A DNA stretch of 62,771 nt from a bacterium (GCA_029549925.1 JAKPIF010000019.1:1-62771); one strand, 5' to 3'. Numbered from the stretch's first letter, positions 19,427 through 29,350 are shown. The notes: generated from the sequence alone by a model not told the origin. Numbers and translations are program-made.

Positions 19427-20300
19427 AGTGCTGGATTACCAGCGTGAACGGCAAGGCTTCGATGACTTCGAAGCCTTGCCTTTTGGCTAATTTGATGATG
19501 GCTGGAATCTGACGACGATCGGCTTCAAGGATGATATGACCACCGCCATTTAAGTGCTTTGGTGCATTTATTAGAAACTTATCAATAATCTCCAGTCCGT
19601 CTTCCTCGGCGTAGAGAGCTAGCTTTGGCTCGTAGGCGAGCTCGGGCGACGTATCCTTCCACAGCTTATCCACATAGGGAAGGTTAGCCATAATAATATC
19701 GAATTTTTGCCCTGTTAGATTAGAGAATAGATCGGACTGAACGAATTTGATGCCGTCGGCGTTTAATCTATTGCTGTTATGCCGTGCGATTGATAGAGCC
19801 TCCGCCGAGATGTCCGATGCTGTGACGTCTAGGTAGGGATGCTCTAACTCGGCGGTGATAGCGAGGCAGCCGCTACCTGTGCCGAGGTCCAAGATGCTTA
19901 GCCTTACGTTATCGCCCTTGTTCTTAATAATTTTGTTCAGGCTAGCGATAATCTGCTCACTCTCGGGGCGAGGAATGAGCACGGCGGGCGTCACTGCAAA
20001 ATTTCGCCCATAAAATTCTTTATGACCCGTGATATACGCCATGGGGCAGTGGCGGCAGCGAGCAATCAGGTCGGCGCAGAGCTCATTCCATTGCTGCCTC
20101 GCGATTTCAGCATCGTCGTGGGCCAGTAGCCACTCGCGAGGTAGCCCTAGCCGATTATTTAGGAGTATTTCGGCGTCGAGCCGTGCGGATGCGATGCTGC
20201 TGGCGGTTAGTGCCTTAGTTGCCATATCCATAAAGCCCCGCACAGTGCGCTCACCGTAGCGAGCGTGGGATGATAGTGGGGTAGTGGAATCGGTTGGCAC
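19425..20300 (-). CDS. prmC: Release factor glutamine methyltransferase PrmC
   Basis: VLIPRPESE, DLGTGSG, NLPY; downstream of prfA. Confidence 0.94.
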   Translation of the reverse strand: MPTDSTTPLSSHARYGERTVRGFMDMATKALTASSIASARLDAEILLNNRLGLPREWLLAHDDAEIARQQWNELCADLIARCRHCPMAYITGHKEFYGRNFAVTPAVLIPRPESEQIIASLNKIIKNKGDNVRLSILDLGTGSGCLAITAELEHPYLDVTASDISAEALSIARHNSNRLNADGIKFVQSDLFSNLTGQKFDIIMANLPYVDKLWKDTSPELAYEPKLALYAEEDGLEIIDKFLINAPKHLNGGGHIILEADRRQIPAIIKLAKRQGFEVIEALPFTLVIQH

Positions 20301-20312
20301 TGACTTTAGCCT

Positions 20313-21389
20313 TTATGCTTCGTCTAGCTTTTGCTTGAGATTGAGCTCACGTTCGCGAGCGCGCAGGACTTCGATAATGTCGTCGATGTCGCCATTCATA
20401 GCGGCGGGAATGTTGCTACGGCTATATTTGACGCGGTGATCGGTGATGCGATCCTGCGGGAAGTTGTAAGTGCGAATTTTTTCGCTACGCTCGCCGCTAC
20501 CGATTAGGGCGCGGCGTTCAGCTGTCTCAGCTGCGGACTGCTTGTCGATTTCCATCTGCAAGAGACGGCTACGTAAGACCTCCATCGCCTTTTCGCGGTT
20601 CTGGATCTGACTGCGGCCGTCCTGGTTGGTGACCACGATACCAGTCGGTAGGTGTGTGATGCGCACGGCACTATCTGTAGTGTTAACACCCTGTCCGCCG
20701 TGACCAGACGAACGATAGATATCGACGCGGAGATCCTTTGGATCAATTTGGACGTCCGTTTCGGTTGCCTCTGGTAGGACCGCCACGGTGGCGGTACTAG
20801 TGTGGATGCGTCCTTGGCTCTCAGTCACGGGCACACGCTGGACACGGTGAACGCCCGACTCGTATTTCAGATGGGCGTAGGGGCTATCGCCAGTGATTTT
20901 GATAATTGCCTCCTTGATGCCGCCTGCCTCGTTGGTGTTTTCGGTAATAATTTCGGTCTTGAGGTGATGCAATTCGGCATAGCGTAGATACATCTTCATC
21001 AGATCGCCGGCAAAGAGCGAGGCCTCGTCGCCACCCACGCCGGCGCGAATTTCCATGATGACGTTTTTGTCGTCGTTGGGATCGTGGGGCGCCAATGCTT
21101 CGGCGAGATCACTCTCGACTTTCTCTAGCTCACTTTTTAGCTCGGGCAGCTCCTCATTTGCCATGACAGCGAGATCGGCGTCAGCGCCCTTAATCATCTC
21201 TTCGTCGGCGCTAATCTGTTGGTTAAGCGTCTTGCGCTTCTTATCCAGCTCTAATAAATTATTAATCTCGCTGAGGCGCTTGCTTTTTTTGCTCGCGTCA
21301 GGATCAGAATAAGCGGTCGGGCTGGCGAAAAATTGGTTCAGCTCGGCCTGTTCGGCGAGAAGTTTGTCGGTATCGATATTCGGTTGCAT
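20313..21389 (-). CDS. prfA: Peptide chain release factor 1
   Basis: PVT recognition motif, GGQ motif; start at MQPNI after TGTATAAT. Confidence 0.96.
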   Translation of the reverse strand: MQPNIDTDKLLAEQAELNQFFASPTAYSDPDASKKSKRLSEINNLLELDKKRKTLNQQISADEEMIKGADADLAVMANEELPELKSELEKVESDLAEALAPHDPNDDKNVIMEIRAGVGGDEASLFAGDLMKMYLRYAELHHLKTEIITENTNEAGGIKEAIIKITGDSPYAHLKYESGVHRVQRVPVTESQGRIHTSTATVAVLPEATETDVQIDPKDLRVDIYRSSGHGGQGVNTTDSAVRITHLPTGIVVTNQDGRSQIQNREKAMEVLRSRLLQMEIDKQSAAETAERRALIGSGERSEKIRTYNFPQDRITDHRVKYSRSNIPAAMNGDIDDIIEVLRARERELNLKQKLDEA

Positions 21390-21608
21390 AAGATAATTAT
21401 ACAATAAGAAAGAAAGGGATGGGGGCGGGCGTTCTTCGCATCAAATCCAAAGGCTCGGCTGGCTGCCTCTGCCACTGCTGTGCTACAGCGTGGCAAGGCC
21501 TTTGAATTTGATGTGGAAAACACCTCTTTGCCGCCACCACTTGCATTTCATTTTGCTTTTGCTATAATTTAGACATTAGCAAAATTTAAGTGGGGAGAAC
21601 AAACAAAC

Positions 21609-22703
21609 ATGAAAGGTGAAAATCCATTTCAGCCAGTTTTGGCGAAGCCAATCGACGACACGGTGTTTAATAGCGATCCAGCGGCGGATAATTTCCTCGT
21701 TGGCAATGACGGCTTTAACCGCACGAGCAGCGCGATGAACAGTTTTGCGCGGCCAAATAATTACCGGCCAGTGCGCCTCGACCAGATGGCAGAGAGCAAT
21801 CCCTTTGAGGATACGGATAATAGCGGTAGTTTAGGCGCTAAGACGCCTCAGGCGACGAAACCAGCCAAGAATAGTAAGGGTGGCATATTCAGTGGTATAT
21901 CCCGTGGCAAAAAGGCTACTACGCCAGCGCAGACCCAGATTACAACGCCAAACAGCGGTGCTGGTCTAAATAGTGCTAGCAACTTTGGGCAGGGCAGTAA
22001 CCTCAATAATGTGACGAGCGGATTCGGTGCTACTCAGCCATCGTCCGCCAGCGCAGCAGCTGCCAAGCCAACTTCGCCGATTAGTAGTGCGCTCGCTGAT
22101 GCGGCGGCGATTAGCGATAGTAAGTCGCCCCTAGTGACGGGCAATGCTAATGCGAAGGACAGTAAGGTTGAGTCGGCTAAGAGCCCTAAGGGTGCATCCA
22201 CCGGTAGGCAATTAACCATTTCGACTATGACAATCGTCTTTGCAGTGCTATTCGTAGTGGCGACTGGTGTAGCGATTTACTTTGGCCTTCAGAATAAGAA
22301 GAATGTTGACGCTCTAGCTGATGCGCGGGCGCAGGTGTCCGAGCTAACCGACAATGACAACAGCGCCAAGTCGGCCAATACTAAGAGCACGACTCAGCTC
22401 AGTGCCTTACAGGACAAGGTGCAGGATCTGACGAAAAAGACGGAAGATAATCAGAAAACGATTGACGATCTAAATAAGAAGAACAATGATCTGACCAAGT
22501 CGAATACTGATTTGCAGAACCAGCTAAAGGCGGCGAACGACAAGCTCGCCAGTGATAAGAGCGTGTCGGAAAACATGAAGAGCCTACTAACGGCAATGTG
22601 TACTTCGAAGCCATTCAATACTTCGGCCGCTTGCCAAGCTGCTAACGGCGCAGTTCAGTCGGCGAATCAATCGGCAGCGAGCAGCGTCCCTAACAATCAG
22701 TAG
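21609..22703 (+). CDS. Hypothetical membrane protein with disordered N-terminus and C-terminal coiled coil
   Basis: Low-complexity N-half, one TM helix, heptad-rich tail. Confidence 0.8.
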   Translation: MKGENPFQPVLAKPIDDTVFNSDPAADNFLVGNDGFNRTSSAMNSFARPNNYRPVRLDQMAESNPFEDTDNSGSLGAKTPQATKPAKNSKGGIFSGISRGKKATTPAQTQITTPNSGAGLNSASNFGQGSNLNNVTSGFGATQPSSASAAAAKPTSPISSALADAAAISDSKSPLVTGNANAKDSKVESAKSPKGASTGRQLTISTMTIVFAVLFVVATGVAIYFGLQNKKNVDALADARAQVSELTDNDNSAKSANTKSTTQLSALQDKVQDLTKKTEDNQKTIDDLNKKNNDLTKSNTDLQNQLKAANDKLASDKSVSENMKSLLTAMCTSKPFNTSAACQAANGAVQSANQSAASSVPNNQ

Positions 22704-22719
22704 GTGTAACTCCTTCTTA

Positions 22720-22756
22720 CTGCTAGCGCAGCCACCCCTCCCAGAGGGGACGGAGA
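22720..22756 (+). repeat. Second short repeat subfamily, shared with 42636-42677
   Basis: 17-bp exact ctgctagcgcagccacc followed by a C/G hairpin and cggaga. Confidence 0.65.
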
Positions 22757-22773
22757 CAAAAGAAAGTATTTCA

Positions 22774-22823
22774 CCCTCCCCTTTAGGGGAGGGTAGATTG
22801 GTGTAGCTAATTGAGTGGGGTTC
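22774..22823 (+). repeat. REP-like element (type A)
   Basis: ccctcccctttaggggagggtagattggtgtagctaattgagtggggtt. Confidence 0.8.
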
Positions 22824-22937
22824 TTGCCCCACCGCGCCATCCATGTTATAATTTCTCTGCAATATCAATTAATAAATCAACCATTGGCGTAACTCCTGAT
22901 ATTCTCGGGGCTGGTGGTGGTGTGAAAGGAGTTAAAA

Positions 22938-23666
22938 GTGTCAGCAGACATTAAAAAGCTATTTGAGGCTGGAGCGCATTTTGGTCACCAGACTTCACGC
23001 TGGAACCCAAGGATGGCGAAGTACATCTACGGCAAGAAGGACGGCATCCATATTATTAACTTGGACCAGACTGTGGCGCAGATTGACAGTGCCAGCGACT
23101 TCCTAAAGGGCGTTGCCGGTCGTGGTCGTCAGGTGCTCTTTGTCGGTACTAAAAAGCAGATTAAGGACATTACGAAGGAGACCGCTGAATCGGTCAATAT
23201 GCCTTACGTCTGCGAGCGTTGGCTCGGCGGTATGCTTACCAACCAATCGACTGTAGTCAGCCAGATTAAGAAATTAAAGCTACTAGAAAAGCGCATGGAT
23301 AGCGGCGAGCTAGCGAACCGCTATAACAAGCTCGAAGTGCAACGTTATCAAGAGCAAATCGACATGCTAAATCAGCGCTACGGCGGCATCAAAGAGATGC
23401 GTGGCAAGCCGGGCGCAGTAGTGGTGCTTGACGCGGTGACTGATCACAATGCGATCAATGAGGCGCAAAAACTTCACATTCCAGTGGTCGCAATTTGTGA
23501 TACTAACGCCAATCCAACAGATATCGACTATGTAATTCCTGCTAACGACGATGCCATCCAGGCGGTCAAGCTAGTGGCGGAATATCTAGCCGATGGTGTC
23601 AAGGCGGGTAACGCTGTTGCGGCTGAGCATAAGGCCGAGCAGGCGGCTGCAAAGGCAGATAAGTAA
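22938..23666 (+). CDS. rpsB: 30S ribosomal protein S2
   Basis: EAGAHFGH, WNPRM, RWLGGMLTN, PANDD. Confidence 0.98.
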   Translation: MSADIKKLFEAGAHFGHQTSRWNPRMAKYIYGKKDGIHIINLDQTVAQIDSASDFLKGVAGRGRQVLFVGTKKQIKDITKETAESVNMPYVCERWLGGMLTNQSTVVSQIKKLKLLEKRMDSGELANRYNKLEVQRYQEQIDMLNQRYGGIKEMRGKPGAVVVLDAVTDHNAINEAQKLHIPVVAICDTNANPTDIDYVIPANDDAIQAVKLVAEYLADGVKAGNAVAAEHKAEQAAAKADK

Positions 23667-23681
23667 GGGTAGGAGCAGAGA

Positions 23682-24290
23682 ATGAGTGTAAGTCTAGAAG
23701 ATATAAAAAAGCTAAACGAGATGACCGGTGTCGGTCTGACTAAGGCGAAAAAGGCACTAGTAGACGCCGAAGGCGATTTTGATAAAGCTCTAAAAGAGAT
23801 GCGTGAAAAGGGTCTAACTAAGGCTGAAAAGCGCGGCGACCGCGAGGCACGTGAGGGTCTAATAGACAGTTATGTCCACGATGGTCGTATCGGCGTATTG
23901 GTCGAGGTCAACTGTGAGACCGACTTTGTCGCCCGCACTGACCAGTTCAAGGAATTAGCGCACGAAGTGGCTCTGCAGGTAGCCGCTATGAATCCAAAGT
24001 GGGTTAGCGATGCTGACATTCCAGAGGACGAAAAGCAGTCTCGCCGCGCAGAATTTGAAAAGGCGATGGCGGAAGATCCTAAGAACGCCAAGAAGCCAGA
24101 AGAAATCAAGAACAAGATTATCGACGGTCAGATGAAGAAGCATTACCGCGACCTAGTCTTACTTGACCAGCCATATTGGAAGGACGACAGCAAGACGATC
24201 GACACGCTAGTGAAGGAAACGGCTGCTCGTCTCGGCGAGAACATCGTCGTACGCCGGTTTGCCCGCTTTGAGCTCGGCGTAACAGAGTAA
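23682..24290 (+). CDS. tsf: Elongation factor Ts (short form)
   Basis: EVNCETDFVA motif, follows rpsB. Confidence 0.97.
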   Translation: MSVSLEDIKKLNEMTGVGLTKAKKALVDAEGDFDKALKEMREKGLTKAEKRGDREAREGLIDSYVHDGRIGVLVEVNCETDFVARTDQFKELAHEVALQVAAMNPKWVSDADIPEDEKQSRRAEFEKAMAEDPKNAKKPEEIKNKIIDGQMKKHYRDLVLLDQPYWKDDSKTIDTLVKETAARLGENIVVRRFARFELGVTE

Positions 24291-24332
24291 AATTTGCGTA
24301 AAGTAGCAGTTTATTTTAAGATAGGAAACGAT

Positions 24333-24629
24333 ATGAAGCAGAATATACATCCTAAAGATTATCGTCCTGTAGTCTTCCAGGACGAGACGGCGAATTTCGC
24401 CTTCTTGACTCGGTCGTGCGCGCCGACAAATGAGACTATCAAGTGGACTGACGGCAAGGAATATCCAGTCGTCAAGGTGCACATCAGCAGTGCTAGCCAC
24501 CCGTTCTTTACCGGTGAAGAAAAGATTATCGATACGGAAGGTCGCGTCGATCGTTTTAACGCCCGCATGAAGGCTGCTAAGGCTCGCCGCGAGGCTCTTG
24601 CCAAGAAGCACGCTAGCGCCAACGCCTAA
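24333..24629 (+). CDS. rpmE2: 50S ribosomal protein L31 type B
   Basis: [31 protein letters not shown]; no Zn-binding Cys set. Confidence 0.94.
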   Translation: MKQNIHPKDYRPVVFQDETANFAFLTRSCAPTNETIKWTDGKEYPVVKVHISSASHPFFTGEEKIIDTEGRVDRFNARMKAAKARREALAKKHASANA

Positions 24630-24753
24630 AAGGCGTTATGCACGAATGACAACTCATCCTTCTCCTGAAGGGTGAGTTTTATTTTAACCCTCCCGCACAA
24701 GTAAGATTATCTTAGATGATCTTACTTCTTTTGAAGGGCGAATTCTATTTTAA

Positions 24754-24801
24754 CCCTCCCTTTTAGGGAGGGCAGATGAGCGTAGCTCATCGGGTGAGTT
24801 T
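24754..24801 (+). repeat. REP-like element (type A), left bracket of Gly-rich gene module
   Basis: ccctcccttttagggagggcagatgagcgtagctcatcgggtgagttt. Confidence 0.9.
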
Positions 24802-24834
24802 TGCCTTTTTCGCTTAGTCTTGCTATGATTAAAT

Positions 24835-24990
24835 TGTCTAGATTAATTCGTGAGGGCATAGTGGGGCATTTTTGTGCTGGCAGTGCTTGAAATCTAAATT
24901 TGGGCAGTTCGCCATGGGTTTCAAGGTTGGCATGTAAATGCGTCCACTCATGAATTGATCTAGACAGTCAATGCGGACTGTCCTCTTTTT
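24835..24990 (+). ncRNA. Candidate structured RNA or attenuator leader (long rod-like hairpin plus overlapping terminator)
   Basis: TGCTATGAT at 24821-24829; 24835-24854 pairs with 24947-24966 and inner stems pair with many G-U wobbles; gacagtc/gactgtc hairpin + T-run. Confidence 0.6.
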
Positions 24991-25051
24991 GTATTAAGGA
25001 GCAGCTAGAAATCTCAGCCCACATTGACAGTTAGTCAATAGGAGGGCAGAG

Positions 25052-26704
25052 ATGAAGAAAAAGGCGTTATTGAATTCCAAAAGGAATTATTTTACCCCTC
25101 GTGATAACGGGAGAAAATTCCAGGACGAAGTTCCAACGAAAGAGGGCAATTTAACCTTCCCTTCTAGGGAAGGTGGCTACGGCGTTAGCCGTAAACGGAT
25201 GAGTTTTATTGGTGCTTCAATACTTTCCTTTACTCTTATCCTTCTGTCTCTCTTCACCCTCAATTATTCCTCCATTTTCAATCTCTCGTCCCCTACTGTC
25301 CATGCGGCAGACGCTAGTGCAGACACCGACACAGTAGATAGCATTTCCTCTGCTCAGCTCTCAATCGCTGTGCCAACTAGCATTGCCCTCAGTATTACTT
25401 CCACTAGAGGAGATAGTACTTGCGATGATGCTTCCACGAATACCCTATGCCTCAAATGGTCAGATGATGGCAAGAAGGCTACTGGCTCACAAGCAATCTT
25501 GGTTCAAACTAATAACCCTACTGGCTATACCGTTACGGTAGATAATGGCGATGGTATGCTACATCCATTGGGGTCTTCGAATGCATCTACAAATACAACT
25601 ACTATCCCCTTTACCTATTCCGCTCAGGAAGCAGATAAGGGCAAGGTTAAAACCACCACCATGAATTCAACTGCCAATCAGATTACCTACGATTGGACAG
25701 CTACGCCGAATAAGCCCAACTACTTAACTAAAATGGATAGTTATAGTCAAAAGGTGGTCTACTATGCCACGGCAAATGACGCAGGCGCAAACATCGTTTA
25801 TCCTAGCACTCGTCGTATTTATAATTTTGCTTACACGGGCGCCGTTCAAACCTTCACCGCCCCATATGATGGGAAGTATAAGGTGGAGGCGTGGGGCGCG
25901 AGCTCGGGCATTGAGATGCGAGATGGCGCTCTAGCGGGCGAAGTCTATATGGGCAATGGCGGGTATGCTACCGGGATGGTCCAACTGAACCGTGACGATA
26001 AACTTTATTTGGCTGTCGGTGCTCAAGGCGAGAATGGCGACGGTAGCGATACGCCTAAGACCTATCACCCAGCAGGTGGCTGGAATGGCGGCGGAAACGG
26101 TCTCTATGACTATAGCGTTGGTATTTCTGAAGACGACAACGGCAAGCATGAGTCGACGGCTGGTGGAGGCGGCGCTACGTCCATCGCCTTTAATCTTATC
26201 GATGATGGGCAACTAAGGAATTACGAAAACAGTAGGAACGATGTGCTCGTTGTTGCGGGCGGCGGTGGAAGCGTAGTCGAATATAATGGCGGGATTGCTC
26301 ATGGCTCGTCAGGCGGTGGCTATAGAGGAGGCAACGGCATATCAACAAATACCAGTGGACTAAAGGCGCCAGCCGGCACGCAAAGTGGAGGCTACGCTTT
26401 CGGCGTGGGCGAAAGCGCAACCTTTAACATAGCAGGCAATGAATACGGTGCTGGAGGCGGCGGTTGGTACGGCGGGTATGCTGGAACTGGAACGACTAAA
26501 GGAACGTATCTTGGCGGTGGCGGAGGCTCTGGCTATATTGGCAATGACAAGTTGTCCGATAAGCATATGGCAATATGGAAGGTGACTGGCGTAGATGAAG
26601 CCGACATTAGAACAATAACTACTGATTGCCGCAGCGAAACGCCGACAGTCGATTGTGCCAAGATTGGGAGTGGCTATGTCAGGATAACCTACCTTGGCAA
26701 ATAA
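25052..26704 (+). CDS. Secreted or surface protein with glycine-rich domain
   Basis: TM/signal segment; YTGAVQTFTAP, EAWGA, GGGGAT, VAGGGG, GAGGGGWYGG, GGGGGSGY motifs. Confidence 0.85.
   Translation: MKKKALLNSKRNYFTPRDNGRKFQDEVPTKEGNLTFPSREGGYGVSRKRMSFIGASILSFTLILLSLFTLNYSSIFNLSSPTVHAADASADTDTVDSISSAQLSIAVPTSIALSITSTRGDSTCDDASTNTLCLKWSDDGKKATGSQAILVQTNNPTGYTVTVDNGDGMLHPLGSSNASTNTTTIPFTYSAQEADKGKVKTTTMNSTANQITYDWTATPNKPNYLTKMDSYSQKVVYYATANDAGANIVYPSTRRIYNFAYTGAVQTFTAPYDGKYKVEAWGASSGIEMRDGALAGEVYMGNGGYATGMVQLNRDDKLYLAVGAQGENGDGSDTPKTYHPAGGWNGGGNGLYDYSVGISEDDNGKHESTAGGGGATSIAFNLIDDGQLRNYENSRNDVLVVAGGGGSVVEYNGGIAHGSSGGGYRGGNGISTNTSGLKAPAGTQSGGYAFGVGESATFNIAGNEYGAGGGGWYGGYAGTGTTKGTYLGGGGGSGYIGNDKLSDKHMAIWKVTGVDEADIRTITTDCRSETPTVDCAKIGSGYVRITYLGK
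25152..25207 (+). repeat. REP-like element (type B) lying in frame inside the ORF
   Basis: taaccttcccttctagggaaggtggctacggcgttagccgtaaacggatgagtttt. Confidence 0.85.
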
Positions 26705-26750
26705 ACTTACCCGATGAGCTACGCACATCTACCCTCCCTAAAAGGGAGGG
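26703..26750 (-). repeat. REP-like element (type A), reverse orientation, right bracket
   Basis: Reverse complement matches 24754-24801 at 45 of 48 positions. Confidence 0.9.
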
Positions 26751-26856
26751 CCTACTCTCTTTTGCCAGGTCTACAGCCCCGACATTGTCTCCGTCGCGTT
26801 TCAATACAGGGGGGGCAAAATATATTATGAGCCTATATATGCTATAATGCTTACAC

Positions 26857-27408
26857 ATGGATACATCAGAATACGATCAGAAATTTGACGCGACGGTCGA
26901 GTTGTTTCAAGACGAGTGTAAAAAGATTCGCACCGGGCGGGCGCACCCTGACATGCTAGCGGGCGTCAAGGTGATGGCTTATGGTCAACCGATGCCGCTA
27001 AATCAGGTAGCGAGCATATCAGCGCCTGAGGCAACGCAGCTTCTCATTACGCCGTTCGACCCGGCGAACCTGCATGCTATTAGCAATGCTATCAGTACCG
27101 ACCAGTCGCTCGGTCTCAACCCGAGCGATGACGGCCACAATGTGCGTGTGCCGATTCCGCCGCTCACGGAAGAGCGCCGTAAAGATATCGTGAAGCAGCT
27201 GAATGCAAAGGTAGAGGACGCTAAAATCGCTCTCCGCAGTGTGCGTGATGATGCACGCCGGGATGCCAAGGCAGCGGTCAAGGCAAAAACAATTAGCGAA
27301 GATGACCAAAAGCGCATTGAGAAGGGCATTGACGACAGCGTCAAGCAGGCAAGCGCAAAAATTGAGTCGCTAGCTAAGGATAAAGAGAAAGAGATAATGA
27401 CCATCTAG
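26857..27408 (+). CDS. frr: Ribosome recycling factor
   Basis: IRTGRAHP, PPLTEERRK. Confidence 0.97.
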   Translation: MDTSEYDQKFDATVELFQDECKKIRTGRAHPDMLAGVKVMAYGQPMPLNQVASISAPEATQLLITPFDPANLHAISNAISTDQSLGLNPSDDGHNVRVPIPPLTEERRKDIVKQLNAKVEDAKIALRSVRDDARRDAKAAVKAKTISEDDQKRIEKGIDDSVKQASAKIESLAKDKEKEIMTI

Positions 27409-27435
27409 CGTAGCTGGCGGGTCAGACTAATAGTT

Positions 27436-28125
27436 ATGTTAAATCATATCGGTTTCATCGTAGACGGAAATCGCCGTTGGGCGCGGGCTAATGGCGTCAG
27501 CATTTTTCAGGGACACAAGCGTGGTTTTGAGGTGCTAAAGGACATGGCCTACGCCGTGCAAGAGCGAGGCATTCCTTATACCAGCGCCTTTATATTCTCA
27601 ACCGAGAACTGGAATCGCACGCCACAAGAGGTAGCAGACCTAATGAGCCTCTTTCGTAAGGGCTTCAAGGACGAGCTCAACCAGATGATTGCTGATAACT
27701 TCCGTATTATCTTCCTTGGTCGACAGAACAAAGTGCCGGCGGATATCTTGGATGAAATGAGCATTGCGGAAGAGAAGTCTCTGGGCAACACCGGTACGAC
27801 GCTGGCGCTCTGCTTTAACTATGGTGGGCAAGCGGAAATTGTCGATGCGGCGCGCCATCTCGCAGCCGACGTGCAAGCGGGGCGAGCAAGCCTCGCCGAT
27901 ATGGACGAAACGAAGTTTAGAAACTATTTGTATCATCCTGAACTACCAGATCTAGATATGCTGGTGCGCACTAGCGGCGAGCAGCGAATTAGCGGCTTTC
28001 AGCTATGGCGCAGCGCCTACACCGAAATGATGTGGCTGGACAAGAATTGGCCGGATATAACGGCAGAGGATTTGGATGCAGTGATTGCCGAATATAATCG
28101 GCGGCATCGGCGCTTTGGCAAATAA
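27436..28125 (+). CDS. uppS: Undecaprenyl diphosphate synthase
   Basis: DGNRRWA, FSTENWNR, RTSGEQRISGF, RRFG. Confidence 0.97.
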   Translation: MLNHIGFIVDGNRRWARANGVSIFQGHKRGFEVLKDMAYAVQERGIPYTSAFIFSTENWNRTPQEVADLMSLFRKGFKDELNQMIADNFRIIFLGRQNKVPADILDEMSIAEEKSLGNTGTTLALCFNYGGQAEIVDAARHLAADVQAGRASLADMDETKFRNYLYHPELPDLDMLVRTSGEQRISGFQLWRSAYTEMMWLDKNWPDITAEDLDAVIAEYNRRHRRFGK

Positions 28126-28144
28126 ATATTTTTAGGAGGGAAAA

Positions 28145-29350
28145 ATGACGTGGTGGCAAATCTTAATTGGGGCAATTGTCGGGTTGCTAATTCTGACCAT
28201 TTTAGTTGTCCTGCACGAGCTCGGGCACGCCATCACGGCGAAACGAAATGGCGTCGAAGTTGAAGAGTTCGGCATTGGCTTTCCGCCACGAGCAAAATCA
28301 TTTGGCGTAATGAAAAGCGGCCCCTTAAAAGGTACGCTGGTCACCCTAAACTGGCTCCCGATTGGCGGCTTTTGCAAAATGCATGGCGAGAGTGACGATG
28401 ATAAGCGTAAGGGTACTTATGGTGCGGCGTCGCTATGGGCTAAAACCAAGATTCTGCTGGCTGGCGTGACAGTTAACTTTCTGACCGCCTGTGTTATCTT
28501 CACGATTTTGGCCTTCTTTGGTATTCCGGTGATTTCTAAGGGGCAATTTGCTGTCGCTAGTGATAACCACGGCGAAAAGGGTGTAGTGGACGTTTATAGT
28601 GTCGTCAAGGACTCGCCGGCAGATAAAGCGGGGCTCAAGAAGGGTGATATTTTAAAAAAGATTGACGGTCAGGACATTACGATGTCCACAGAAGTGCCAG
28701 AAATAACTAAGGCGAAGGCGGGTCAGACGATTAAAATCGAGTATAACCGTGAGGACGAGGATGCCAAAGCTAATTGCCTCAAGGCGCCATGCAATATTCA
28801 TACGGACACCGTTAGCGTCAAATTGCCCAAAGAGGATGCCGGTAAGGGGCGGCTCGGCATCACAACTGAACAAAAAATTTCTGCAACGATTAAGGCGACG
28901 TGGTCGGCGCCACTAGTGGGTATTGTTAATGCCGCCCAGTTCTTTTGGCTAACGCTAGCGAGTCTGTGGAATATCGTTCTGGCATTAATTAGCGGAGCGA
29001 TCGGGCTCTTTACCGGGGCGCCGAACGCTAAGCAGGAAATTGAAGTAGCCACCAGCGGCGTTTCTGGCCCGGTGGGCATCCTGGGTCAGATCTTCCCGGC
29101 GGCGGTAATGGCGGGTCCAACGGTACTACTATATGTGTCGGGGATCATTGCGATTTCGCTATCTGTCATGAACCTCTTGCCGATTCCTGGTCTCGACGGC
29201 GGGCGTCTGTATCTAACGCTATGGTATCACGCCCGACGTAGGACACTAACGAAAGAGCGCGAAGAAGAAATTGTTGGTCGCGGCATGACCTTCCTATTTA
29301 TCCTAATTATTGTTGTGACAGTGGCGGATATTTTGCGCTACGTCCTCTAG
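28145..29350 (+). CDS. rseP: RIP metalloprotease RseP (M50)
   Basis: HELGH, PDZ domain, NLLPIPGLDGG. Confidence 0.94.
   Translation: MTWWQILIGAIVGLLILTILVVLHELGHAITAKRNGVEVEEFGIGFPPRAKSFGVMKSGPLKGTLVTLNWLPIGGFCKMHGESDDDKRKGTYGAASLWAKTKILLAGVTVNFLTACVIFTILAFFGIPVISKGQFAVASDNHGEKGVVDVYSVVKDSPADKAGLKKGDILKKIDGQDITMSTEVPEITKAKAGQTIKIEYNREDEDAKANCLKAPCNIHTDTVSVKLPKEDAGKGRLGITTEQKISATIKATWSAPLVGIVNAAQFFWLTLASLWNIVLALISGAIGLFTGAPNAKQEIEVATSGVSGPVGILGQIFPAAVMAGPTVLLYVSGIIAISLSVMNLLPIPGLDGGRLYLTLWYHARRRTLTKEREEEIVGRGMTFLFILIIVVTVADILRYVL

Noticed and set aside
20600-20760. Strong RF1/RF2 similarity around GGQ as gene conversion
   Set aside because: The region is intrinsically conserved and each gene keeps its own PVT or SPF motif.
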